In this document: piece by piece, positions 39,853 to 48,709 of the stretch
Layout of the letters: each line of letters opens with the position of its first letter
Numbering within the stretch: position 1 is the first letter of the stretch
Assembly (NCBI GenBank): GCA_025355855.1
Contig: JANXYU010000032.1
Span: forward strand, 28,832 to 92,831
DNA from: Actinomycetota bacterium
GTDB lineage: Bacteria > Actinomycetota > JAHEXW01
Direction: 5' to 3'
DNA length: 64,000 bases
Translations under genes and position numbers: made by a program
Notes under the pieces: model-generated
Database searches by the model: none
Told to the model about the DNA's origin: nothing
The model's input: the letters and a program-made list of their open reading frames with translations, nothing else

Positions 39853-40955
39853 GATGGCGCTTCCTTGACGATGTCTTTTTCAGGCTTAAGATTGGCGATT
39901 ACAGGCTCACCGGCGGTAGGCATCCAAACACGGTCGGGCGAGGCAATCTCCCTAATGGCAGCCTCTTCGTTCGCGATATACAGGATGTCGCCTTTCTCGG
40001 CCGCCACCAGTGGGCGCAATTTTATACGATCATTGATGCCGACCATGCCGTCTTTGTGGCCGAGAATGAAAGCGAAGGGACCGTTTAGCAGGCCGCTTCC
40101 ATAGACCTGACGCAGAGCGGTCAACGCTTTACGCTCCTCCTCTGGCAGGTGATCGATTTGGGACCAGAACGGCGCCGCGATAGCCATCGTGGCGACCTCG
40201 ATAGAGAGTTTGTGCCGGCGCAGCAACATGTCAAATAAGTACGCGGTGACTTCAGTATCGGTCATCAGGGTTGCCTTATAGCCGAACATTTCCAGGTATC
40301 TTTTGTTAATGCCATACGAGGAAATCTCGCCGTTGTGAACGATCGACCAGTCCAGCAACGTAAATGGATGCGCCCCGCCCCACCAGCCGGGTGTATTGGT
40401 TGGAAAACGTCCGTGCGCGATCCAGGTCCAAGCCTTGTATTCATCCAGCTTATAAAAGCGACCGACGGCCCCGGGGAATCCTACCGCTTTGAAGGCGCCC
40501 ATGTTCTTGCCGCTGGACATGACGAAAGCGCCGGGAATCTCGGCGTTGATAAACATGACGGCATTGACGACGTAGTCCTCTTCGTCGCAAGCGTTCATGT
40601 GCAAGACTTCTTCGTCAACGTTAAGGAAATATCGCCAAATCAAAGGGGGGTCAACAATGCCGGCTGTCTTGCGGGTCGGCAACTCGTCGTCCTCAATAAT
40701 CAAGAAATGCCGGTCGAGATACTTTTCGGTCGCTTCTTTAGCGTCAGCATCCGTATAGAGCATATGGAAAGCATAATCGTCCTTGTGCTCCGGGTAGATG
40801 CCGTACGCGGCGAACCCGCCGCCTTGGCCGTTGCTGCGTTCGTCCATGTTGCAGATACTGGACATTATCGCTTCGCCATCAACGCGATTTCGGTTCCGGC
40901 TGATAAAGCCGGTTAAACCGCAGGCGCTCATATCTTTTTCAAAACGATAGTGCAC
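39837..40955 (-). CDS. class II glutamine amidotransferase domain subunit of glutamate synthase (GltB domain 1)
   Basis: Ntn-type GATase. GTG start at 40955 with AGGAGG 5-6 nt upstream. A short propeptide (MHYRFEKDMSA) precedes the nucleophile Cys in CGLTGFI. Confidence 0.8.
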   Translation of the reverse strand: MHYRFEKDMSACGLTGFISRNRNRVDGEAIMSSICNMDERSNGQGGGFAAYGIYPEHKDDYAFHMLYTDADAKEATEKYLDRHFLIIEDDELPTRKTAGIVDPPLIWRYFLNVDEEVLHMNACDEEDYVVNAVMFINAEIPGAFVMSSGKNMGAFKAVGFPGAVGRFYKLDEYKAWTWIAHGRFPTNTPGWWGGAHPFTLLDWSIVHNGEISSYGINKRYLEMFGYKATLMTDTEVTAYLFDMLLRRHKLSIEVATMAIAAPFWSQIDHLPEEERKALTALRQVYGSGLLNGPFAFILGHKDGMVGINDRIKLRPLVAAEKGDILYIANEEAAIREIASPDRVWMPTAGEPVIANLKPEKDIVKEAPSCIKV

Positions 40956-41078
40956 TTACGCCTCCTAATGCGAGGGCAACTTGAGTCCTCGTGCTAAGCG
41001 TTTAAGCAGCGGGAATATTACTTAAAGAGGTTTTTGCCTATTAGAATATCTTAGGCCCTGACACGGGCCTGCGTCAAA

Positions 41079-42410
41079 CTAAAGGACAGGCAGATACTTC
41101 TTGAGTTCATACTCTGTGACCTGGATGCGATAATCTTCCCATTCCTGCTTTTTCACATCTATGAACCGGTTGAAAGTATGGTCGCCAAGAGTTCTCTTGA
41201 CCAGCTCGCTTTTCTCGGTTATGGCAATCGCTTCCCCTAGACTGCCCGGCAGAGATTCGATGCCCAGACTCTGGCGCTCGGCGTCAGTCAGATGATAAAG
41301 ATTCTTCTCCATCTGGTCAGGCAGCTCGTATTTCTTTTCGATGCCGTCCAGGCCGGCGGCCAGTAAAACCGCGAAGGTCAAATACGGATTGCAAGCTGGA
41401 TCGGGGCTGCGGAATTCGGCGCGTGTCGCTTTTTCTTTGCCAGGCTGGTATTCAGGCACCCGGATCAAAGCGCTGCGATTGCGTCGCGACCAGGCGACAT
41501 AGACCGGCGCTTCATACCCTGGAACCAGTCTTTTATAGCTGTTGACCCACTGAGCAAAGATAGCGGATATCTCGCGGGCGTGCTTTAGCTGGCCGGCGAT
41601 GTACTGTTTCCCGGTTTCGGACAGGAAGTTCTCATCGTCAGCGTCGAAGAAGGCGTTCTTCGAGCCGATGAATAACGACTGGTGGGTATGCATCCCGCTG
41701 CCGTTTTGGCCGAAGATTGGTTTGGGCATGAAGGTGGCGTAAACGCCGGCCTTCGTAGCGATCTCTTTAACGACCAAACGATAAGTCACGGCGGCGTCGG
41801 CCATTTTCAGTGCGTCGTCATACCTGACATCGATCTCATGCTGGCTCTCGCCGACCTCGTGATGGCTGTATTCGATGCGAATGCCCATGTCTTCCAAAGC
41901 CAGAACAGTGTCCCGGCGCAGATCGGAAGCGTTGTCGAGCGGCGTTAGGTCGAAATAGCCGCCCTTGTCGATGACTTCCGTGCCTTCGCTGTTTTTAAAG
42001 TAGAAGAACTCTAGCTCCGGCCCGACATAAAAGTGGTCAAACCCCATCTTTTTGGCCCGCTCCAACTGACGCTTTAAGATATAACGAGGATCGCCGACGT
42101 AGGGCTCTTTTTGGGGAGTGAGAACATCGCAGATCATCCTGGCTACGCCCTGTTCAGAGGGCCGCCAAGGGAGAATCTGGAACGTCGATGGGTCCGGCAT
42201 GGCGATCATGTCGCTCTCCTCGATGTCCTGGTAGCCGGTTATGCTGGAACCGTCGAAACCCATTCCCTGATCGAGCGCCAACTCTAGCTCGGCTGCCGTC
42301 ACCGCGAAACTCTTAAGGACGCCCTGCATATCCGTAAACCACAGACGGATGAACTTGATACCTTTATCTTTGACCGTTTTTAAAACGTAGTCCCTGTCTT
42401 TCGCAACCAT
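41079..42410 (-). CDS. glnA: glutamine synthetase type I
   Basis: GS-I signatures FDGSSI, the ATP-binding region and the catalytic domain. The start was reassigned to the ATG at 42410, which has GGGAGG 8 nt upstream. Confidence 0.9.
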   Translation of the reverse strand: MVAKDRDYVLKTVKDKGIKFIRLWFTDMQGVLKSFAVTAAELELALDQGMGFDGSSITGYQDIEESDMIAMPDPSTFQILPWRPSEQGVARMICDVLTPQKEPYVGDPRYILKRQLERAKKMGFDHFYVGPELEFFYFKNSEGTEVIDKGGYFDLTPLDNASDLRRDTVLALEDMGIRIEYSHHEVGESQHEIDVRYDDALKMADAAVTYRLVVKEIATKAGVYATFMPKPIFGQNGSGMHTHQSLFIGSKNAFFDADDENFLSETGKQYIAGQLKHAREISAIFAQWVNSYKRLVPGYEAPVYVAWSRRNRSALIRVPEYQPGKEKATRAEFRSPDPACNPYLTFAVLLAAGLDGIEKKYELPDQMEKNLYHLTDAERQSLGIESLPGSLGEAIAITEKSELVKRTLGDHTFNRFIDVKKQEWEDYRIQVTEYELKKYLPVL

Positions 42411-42483
42411 AGGTTTGCCTCCCAAATAGCGACCTAGCAGCTAATACAATGACAAAGGTATAGTATAGACGAAGGGGGCGGAA

Positions 42484-43521
42484 ATGACAAAAATGCCGGA
42501 GCTGAGACAGTTGATAGCGGACCGAATACGTGCCGAGGGCTCGCTTACGTTCCGGGACTATATGGCGATGACTCTATATGAGCCGGGGCTTGGCTATTAC
42601 ACCAGCGGCCGCAATCCGATCGGTCGCGGCGGTGACTTCTATACCAGCCCGACTTCCACGCCGTTGTTCGGCCAATTGCTGGCCCGCTGGTTGACCGAGC
42701 GATTTCTTGAATTGGGTGCAGGGTCCGCGACGATTGTCGAAATGGGCGCCGCCCGCGGCGTTCTGGCCCGCGACATCAAGACGGCGTTGCACGACGGGCT
42801 CCCGGCTGACTTTGGCAAAGTAGAATACGGTGAAGTCGAATACGGCGATCCCATACCGAATGTCGCTAACGCCTGCGTGATTTCAAACGAGCTCATCGAT
42901 GCTTTCCCCGTCCACCGAGTTCGCATGACAAGCGAAGGTCTGCGTGAAATCTCCGTCACGCTCGACAAGGAAACAGGCGGCTTTGTCGAACGCCTCTGGC
43001 CTCCATCCTCCTCTCGGCTCCCGGCATATCTAGATTATCTAGGTGTCAATCTGCCGGAAGGGTTCGTGACCGAGATCAATCTGGCCGCCGTCGACTGGCT
43101 AAACGAGGTCGCCGCCGACCTCGAAAGCGGTTTTGTCCTAACTATCGACTACGGGTACGAGTCCGACGAGCTCTATGCGCCGTATCGCGCGGCGGGCACG
43201 ATGATGGGGTATTATCGGCATCAACACTCTGATGATCTGTTCGCCCACATCGGCAGGCAGGACATGACCAGCCACGTGAATTTCTCCGCCCTTATGAAAT
43301 ATGGCGAGGCGGCGGCCCTGGAAACCGTGTCTTTCACGACCCAGAGCGACTTTTTGATCAGGCTAGGTGCGCTAGAGTTGCTAGAAACATTGCAGAACAA
43401 GTCTATCGGCGACGCCGCGGCCCTGCGAGATTATCTGGCGCTAAAAGGGCTATTGATGCCGGATGGCATGGGCGGCGTATTTAAGGTCTTGGTGCAAAAG
43501 AAAAAGGCGCCGGCTAGCTAA
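42484..43521 (+). CDS. class I SAM-dependent methyltransferase, MidA/NDUFAF7 (DUF185) family
   Basis: FRDYMAMTLYEPGLGYY...GDFYTSP is the DUF185 signature. Confidence 0.75.
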   Translation: MTKMPELRQLIADRIRAEGSLTFRDYMAMTLYEPGLGYYTSGRNPIGRGGDFYTSPTSTPLFGQLLARWLTERFLELGAGSATIVEMGAARGVLARDIKTALHDGLPADFGKVEYGEVEYGDPIPNVANACVISNELIDAFPVHRVRMTSEGLREISVTLDKETGGFVERLWPPSSSRLPAYLDYLGVNLPEGFVTEINLAAVDWLNEVAADLESGFVLTIDYGYESDELYAPYRAAGTMMGYYRHQHSDDLFAHIGRQDMTSHVNFSALMKYGEAAALETVSFTTQSDFLIRLGALELLETLQNKSIGDAAALRDYLALKGLLMPDGMGGVFKVLVQKKKAPAS

Positions 43522-43570
43522 GGCCGACGCCCGCAAAAATATACGGCTTACCGGCCTGCGTAAGGCAGGG

Positions 43571-43879
43571 TCATAGCTGTCCGTTCGGGAAAGTCCGCCA
43601 CTCATAAGAATAAGTCGAGTAAGCATACGAAACGCTGGCTCCGGCGGCTACGGTTATCGTCTTTTCGGGGCCCGGCGCGGATATCAAAATATAGTCTGTT
43701 CCATTAATCGTCAGCGTATAGGTCCAGCCGTCCGGAAGGCTCGTCGCATCAAAATGAAGATCGTACGTCGCCGGTGGCAGCAGCGTCAGCGCCTCGACGG
43801 CGCTTGCAGCTGAGCTCAACCCCGCAAACATGATTGCCGTCGCCATAACCAGCCCTACTGTCTTGCAAAACCTGTACAT
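43571..43879 (-). CDS. hypothetical small secreted protein
   Basis: 102 aa with an N-terminal signal peptide (AIMFAGLSSAASA). Confidence 0.35.
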   Translation of the reverse strand: MYRFCKTVGLVMATAIMFAGLSSAASAVEALTLLPPATYDLHFDATSLPDGWTYTLTINGTDYILISAPGPEKTITVAAGASVSYAYSTYSYEWRTFPNGQL

Positions 43880-44165
43880 AATCGGTCTCTTTTTTCTAAG
43901 TTATCGTTGCCCGTAAAAGGCAGTTGCGTCGGCTGTCCGTCCCGGCTAAAACGGGAAGTCGGCTGTTTTTTCGTCAAAGACGGAAGTGCCGCTAATCATC
44001 GGTTGTATCATCGGGCCCTCCTTGGTTCCTCCAGCGGGCAGAAGAGCTCTCGTGAAGAACCAGTCTCCAGGTAATCCCGCAAAATGATAGCTGCCGCTCG
44101 GTTTTCACTAAGACTATCTGAAAACCATAAATATGCAAAGACGAGGCAGCGTGGGGATAGCGAGC

Positions 44166-44194
44166 AAGATGGTCGCCGCGATTTTGCTATAATC
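44166..44194 (+). promoter_or_regulatory. candidate promoter for tRNA-Leu (extended -10 TGcTATAAT)
   Basis: TGCTATAAT at 44186-44194, 9 nt upstream of the tRNA 5' end. The -35 (CAAGAT) is weak. Confidence 0.45.
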
Positions 44195-44203
44195 CTTGTT
44201 GTG

Positions 44204-44290
44204 CCGGGATGGCGGAATTGGTATACGCGACGGTCTCAAACACCGTTGGGGGTAACCTCGTGCGGGTTCAAGTCCCGCTCCCGGCACCAG
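44204..44290 (+). tRNA. tRNA-Leu(CAA)
   Basis: Manual fold gives a GCCGGGA/TCCCGGC acceptor stem and a GCG/CGC D-stem. The anticodon stem is ACGGT/ACCGT with loop CTCAAAC, giving anticodon CAA. There is a long variable arm, T-arm GCGGG-TTCAAGT-CCCGC, discriminator A and an encoded CCA. Confidence 0.9.
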
Positions 44291-44630
44291 CTCGATTCGG
44301 TTACGTGTCTGGCGGGTACTGTCAAGACAGACTTCCCCCACTGCGTGCTCGCCGACTTTTTAGCCTGCGCGCGCATCGGGGGTCCCCTCCAGGCGTGTCA
44401 CCAGCCATCGTCGAACAGGCCAATCACCCTAGGCCGCTCGCTCATTAGGTAAACAAATGTGCGGGATACGGGCGAAAACCCTAGACACCTGTAGGCGCCG
44501 CGTCTTTAGACCGGCGTGTCTACCTTTAAGGTCGACCCCAATAAGCCCTCCTCGCCAAGACATTTGGTCGTGATTGCCGCGACGCACGACCATCAACACT
44601 TCTTCGGCCCGAAAAACGTCGGAGCGCCCT

Positions 44631-44652
44631 TTACTCCATTTAAATGGAGTAA
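44631..44652. promoter_or_regulatory. 22-bp perfect palindrome TTACTCCATTTAAATGGAGTAA (copy 2), upstream of the TrpR-family gene
   Basis: Identical core to copies 1 and 3. It lies 55-75 nt upstream of the GTG start at 44707, just upstream of a TTGATA-N17-CATATT promoter-like element. Confidence 0.55.
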
Positions 44653-44706
44653 AATAAGTAGCCAAATGTTATTGATATTTCACAGATTCTATGCCATATT
44701 AGGTTT

Positions 44707-45165
44707 GTGACGAACACCAAGAATCATGCTCTCCTTCCCGACCAGAAGGTGTTAGCGGTTACCATCGGTTTGCAGGAAAGTATCTCCGGAGTGCATACTC
44801 CCCAGGAAGCTGCCCGTCTGTTGGAAGTCATTTTGACGCCGCAAGAAATACGCACAATCGCGATACGTCTTCGGATCATGAAAATGCTGCGCGCCGGCCA
44901 TAATTATGTGTCTATCCAGCAAGAACTGTGCGTTTCACCAGGAACAATTGCTCGAGTACAACTGAACCTAGAACACGCTCAAGACGCGCCAAAGCGAGGC
45001 AGCAAGGCGCGCGCGGAGAAGGCGGCTTATCAAAACAAACAAGGCCCCGATCATTCCAAAAAACCTGCTTACAGTACGCGTAGCAAGTACGAAGAATGGC
45101 AGTGGCCGGCGGAAGCGGTCACTTCAATCGTAAGGGCAATATCAGAAACGAGAAAAAGAAGATAG
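44707..45165 (+). CDS. TrpR-family (YerC/YecD-like) DNA-binding protein; candidate HisR-type repressor
   Basis: GTG start. LLEVILTPQEIRTIAIRLRIMKMLRAGHNYVSIQQELCVSPGTIARVQ matches the TrpR/YerC helix-turn-helix core. The C-terminal tail is basic. Confidence 0.6.
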   Translation: MTNTKNHALLPDQKVLAVTIGLQESISGVHTPQEAARLLEVILTPQEIRTIAIRLRIMKMLRAGHNYVSIQQELCVSPGTIARVQLNLEHAQDAPKRGSKARAEKAAYQNKQGPDHSKKPAYSTRSKYEEWQWPAEAVTSIVRAISETRKRR

Positions 45166-45178
45166 CCCTTCCTTGTTT

Positions 45179-45210
45179 ACTTCTTTACTCCATTTAAATG
45201 GAGTAAAGAA
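45179..45210. promoter_or_regulatory. 32-bp perfect palindrome CTTCTTTACTCCATTTAAATGGAGTAAAGAAG (copy 3, contains the 22-bp core)
   Basis: It lies between the convergent 3' ends of the TrpR-like gene (stop 45165) and accA (stop 45288). It could act as an operator copy, a bidirectional terminator hairpin, or both. Confidence 0.55.
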
Positions 45211-45287
45211 GTCGGAGAACTGGCTCCTGTGATTGGGTATGGGAGGGGTTAAGGATTCGGCAAAATGCGGATTTCGCCTTCCCCGCT

Positions 45288-46247
45288 CTAACCCTTCGGT
45301 TGCGGCTCTTCGAAAGCGCCGATGGCGCGGAGTTTGGCGTAGCGCAGATCGAGCATTTTAGCGACGGGCGCCGCTGATATTTCGTCCAATGCCCGATTGA
45401 GAGACTTGTGCAGATTTTCGGCCGTCGCGTTGGGGGCGCGATGCGCGCCGCCTACCGGTTCCGGGACTATCTCGTCAACAATACCGTTATTATGCAGCGC
45501 TTCCGCCGTCATTTTCAAAGAGTCAGCCGCTTCGGGCGCTTTGGCGGCGTCTTTGTAGAGAATCGAGGCGCAGCCTTCCGGACTAATGACCGAGTACCAG
45601 GCGTTCTCCAACATGAGTAAACGATCCGCTACACCCAACGCCAGCGCGCCTCCGCTGCCGCCTTCGGCAATGTTAACAGCGACGATGGGAACGCGTAGTT
45701 GGCTCATGCGCATCAAATTATCCGCGATTGCCCAAGCTTGGCCCCGTTCCTCTGCACCCACGCCAGGGTAGGCCCCTTGCGTATCGATAAACGTGATAAC
45801 CGGTAAATTGAATTTTTCCGCCAGCTTCATCAAGCGGAGCGCTTTGCGGTAGCCTTCGGGGTGCGGACTGCCGAAATTACAGCTGATCCTCTCGCGCGTT
45901 GTATGGCCTTTGTGCTGGCCAATTACCATTACGGCCCGTCCGTCTAAAAACGCCGGACCGCCGACTATTGCCGCGTCATCGCCATAGAGGCGATCCCCAT
46001 GCAGTTCGATGAAGTCGTGGAAAATCATCTCAATGAAATCGCGCGTCTGGGGACGGTCCGGATGGCGCGCGATCTGGACGCGCTGCCATGGGGTGAGCTG
46101 GCTGTAAACTTTGGTTTTATGTTCGGTAAGTTGGCGCTCGAGCTCGTCGATCTCTAGCGATAGGTCTTCCTTGGACCCCACACTGAGCCGTTTCAATTCG
46201 TCCAAACGCTTCTCCATTTCAATGATGTGCTTCTCGAAATCAAGCAT
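45288..46247 (-). CDS. accA: acetyl-CoA carboxylase carboxyltransferase subunit alpha
   Basis: 319 aa with a conserved AccA sequence (GGPAFLDGRAVMVIGQHKG...). Confidence 0.9.
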   Translation of the reverse strand: MLDFEKHIIEMEKRLDELKRLSVGSKEDLSLEIDELERQLTEHKTKVYSQLTPWQRVQIARHPDRPQTRDFIEMIFHDFIELHGDRLYGDDAAIVGGPAFLDGRAVMVIGQHKGHTTRERISCNFGSPHPEGYRKALRLMKLAEKFNLPVITFIDTQGAYPGVGAEERGQAWAIADNLMRMSQLRVPIVAVNIAEGGSGGALALGVADRLLMLENAWYSVISPEGCASILYKDAAKAPEAADSLKMTAEALHNNGIVDEIVPEPVGGAHRAPNATAENLHKSLNRALDEISAAPVAKMLDLRYAKLRAIGAFEEPQPKG

Positions 46248-46277
46248 TTCTAATCGCCAAAAATATCCTCTAATCCC

Positions 46278-47264
46278 TTACTTGCCCTGCAGGCGCTTGA
46301 CTTGCGTCTTGATGTTTTTGGCGCTCTTCTTGACGCCGGTTTGCACGGTTTTCTGCATCTTACGCGCGACGTCTGCGCCGGGAACGATGTCTCCAACCGA
46401 CAAGGTCTCTTGCTGACGCCCGGCCGCGCCCATCTGGAACATATCCAGCAGAGCGGCTATCTCTCCTTTGATGTCCTTACGTTCTATCACCATGTCCACC
46501 ATACCGTGCTCCAACATGAACTCGGCGGTCTGGAACCCAGCTGGCAGTTTCTCCTTAAGTGTGTCTTCGATCACACGAGCGCCGGTAAAGCCGATTAAGG
46601 CGCCCGGTTCGGCGATGATAATATCGGCCAACGCGGGAAAACTGGCCGTGACGCCGCCGGTCGTCGGATGCGTCATGATCGAGATATAGGGCACATGTTT
46701 GTCGGCCAGTTTAGCCAGAGCGGCGCTTGTCTTTGCCATTTGGGCCAGGGAGAACATGCCTTCCTGCATCCTGGCTCCGCCGGACGCCGCGACGATTATC
46801 AGAGGAGCGTGCTTCTTGGCGGCATATTCGATCGCTCGCGTAATCTTTTCGCCGACCACGCTGCCCATGGAGCCTCCAATGAAGCGAAAGTCCATGACCG
46901 CGATAACGACAGTGCGGGCGTTCACCTTGCCATACCCGGTCATGACTGCTTCTTTCAGCCCTGTATTGGCCATCGAAGCTTCCAGGCTTTCCTTATAAGC
47001 TTTGTTGCCGACAAAAGCGAGAGGATCGGCGCTCGTCATATCGGCGTCAAGCTCCCGGAATGTGCCCATGTCGAGAAGCGTATCCAAACGCTCGTGCGCG
47101 CTCAACGGATAGTGGAAGGAGCAGCCGGGGCAGACCTTATAGCCGGCGAAGAATTCTTTTTGGAAGATGACCTCGCCGCACGCCGCGCATTTTGACCAAA
47201 TGCCTTCGGGGATGCCCTTTTTGGTATCAATACTCATTGGTAAATTATCTTCCATCGCCCTCAA
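46278..47264 (-). CDS. accD: acetyl-CoA carboxylase carboxyltransferase subunit beta
   Basis: N-terminal Zn ribbon CAACGEV...CPGC plus the carboxyltransferase domain. Confidence 0.9.
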   Translation of the reverse strand: MRAMEDNLPMSIDTKKGIPEGIWSKCAACGEVIFQKEFFAGYKVCPGCSFHYPLSAHERLDTLLDMGTFRELDADMTSADPLAFVGNKAYKESLEASMANTGLKEAVMTGYGKVNARTVVIAVMDFRFIGGSMGSVVGEKITRAIEYAAKKHAPLIIVAASGGARMQEGMFSLAQMAKTSAALAKLADKHVPYISIMTHPTTGGVTASFPALADIIIAEPGALIGFTGARVIEDTLKEKLPAGFQTAEFMLEHGMVDMVIERKDIKGEIAALLDMFQMGAAGRQQETLSVGDIVPGADVARKMQKTVQTGVKKSAKNIKTQVKRLQGK

Positions 47265-47350
47265 AATGGCAACAACCCCCGCTTCCGCGCTTTCGGCGTT
47301 CGGAAGCAGGGGTGTAATGCCATTTATTGGAACCCGGGCAAACCCGGTTA

Positions 47351-48709
47351 TCAGCCGACCTTAGGCAGCGACGCGATCGCGCGCGCCTCATCAGCCTCGT
47401 TGTACTCGTCGTCTTCCAGCTTGCCGTTTAGATAGGCATCGTACGCTGCCAGATCGAAGTGGCCATGACCTGTTAAGAGGAAGCAGATATTCTTTTCTTC
47501 TCCGTTTTCCTTGCACCGCATCGCCTCATCGATTGCGGCCTTGATGGCGTGGGCCGACTCGGGCGCCGGCAAGATGCTTTCCGTGTGGATAAACTGCATT
47601 GCCGCCTCAAACACGCCCATCTGCTTAAAGGCCTCGGCCTCGATCACCTTGTCGTGGTACAGGCTGGATATGATCGGGCTGTCGCCATGGTAGCGCAAAC
47701 CGCCGGCGTGGATCGGCGACGGTATAAAGTCGTGCCCGAGTGTGTACATCATGACCACCGGCGCCATCTTGGCTTCGTCGCCGTAGTCGTACGCATATAG
47801 GCCTTTAGTCAGTGTCGGGCAAGAAGCCGGCTCGACCGCGACCAGGCGTACGTTACGCTTGCCGGATAAATTGTCTCGAACATACGGCATGGCCACTCCG
47901 CCGAAGCTTGAACCGCCGCCGACGCAGCCATAAATAACGTCCGGTTCGGTGTCGATCAAAGCGAACTGTTTTTGCAGCTCTTCGCCGATGATCGTCTGAT
48001 GCAGAATCACGTGATTAAGTACACTGCCCAAGCTGTAGTGGGTACCGGGATGAGTCACCGTGTCCTCAACCGCCTCGCTGATCGCCAGGCCTAACGTGCC
48101 GGGATGGTTCGGATAATCCGCCATCGCCGCCCGACCGGCATTGGTTAGTTCACTGGGGCTGGCCACAACTTTAGCGCCATAGGCCTCCATCAACATGTGA
48201 CGGTAAGGCTTTTGGTTATAGCTGGCCTTGACCATGTAGACCATGCACTCCAAACCCATCAACTGGCAAGCCATCGATAGGGCCGAACCCCACTGGCCGG
48301 CTCCTGTTTCCGTCGCCAGACGCGTCGTACCTTCGAGCTTGTTATAGTAAGCCTGGGCGATCGCCGTGTTCGTTTTATGCGAACCGGACGGGCTCCCGCC
48401 TTCATACTTGTAGAAGATCTTAGCCGGTGTGCCCAAAGCCTTTTCCAGCCGGCGCGCTCGGAAGAGAGGACTCGGCCGGTATAACTTGTAGACGTCCAAA
48501 ACCTCTTCCGGGATGTCGATGTAACGTTCGTCGCTCATTTCCTGCTGAATCAAAGCCATCGGAAATAAAGGTGCGAAGTCCTCCGGTCCAGCTGGCTTGA
48601 GTGTCTGCGGGCTGAGCGGCGGCGGCAAAGGCGTCGGCATATCCGGCAGGATGTTGTACCATTTCGTCGGCATATCGCGTTCTTCTAGAATTATTTTTGT
48701 TCTGTCCAT
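47351..48709 (-). CDS. trpB: tryptophan synthase beta chain, TrpB2 type
   Basis: Long TrpB2-type sequence with a PLP-lysine region. The start was reassigned to the ATG at 48709 (MDRTKIILEE...), which has GAAGGAG 6 nt upstream. The track ORF extends 25 codons further upstream into the leader. Confidence 0.9.
   Translation of the reverse strand: MDRTKIILEERDMPTKWYNILPDMPTPLPPPLSPQTLKPAGPEDFAPLFPMALIQQEMSDERYIDIPEEVLDVYKLYRPSPLFRARRLEKALGTPAKIFYKYEGGSPSGSHKTNTAIAQAYYNKLEGTTRLATETGAGQWGSALSMACQLMGLECMVYMVKASYNQKPYRHMLMEAYGAKVVASPSELTNAGRAAMADYPNHPGTLGLAISEAVEDTVTHPGTHYSLGSVLNHVILHQTIIGEELQKQFALIDTEPDVIYGCVGGGSSFGGVAMPYVRDNLSGKRNVRLVAVEPASCPTLTKGLYAYDYGDEAKMAPVVMMYTLGHDFIPSPIHAGGLRYHGDSPIISSLYHDKVIEAEAFKQMGVFEAAMQFIHTESILPAPESAHAIKAAIDEAMRCKENGEEKNICFLLTGHGHFDLAAYDAYLNGKLEDDEYNEADEARAIASLPKVG

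Noticed and set aside
42817-42850. Direct repeat GKVEYGEVEYG in the methyltransferase coding sequence
   Set aside because: It is a short in-frame duplication within a protein, not a genomic repeat element.
43925-43975. Hairpin plus T6 run on the plus strand upstream of tRNA-Leu
   Set aside because: It looks terminator-like, but no plus-strand gene lies upstream. It may belong to an unannotated small transcript, and the evidence is too weak to call a feature.
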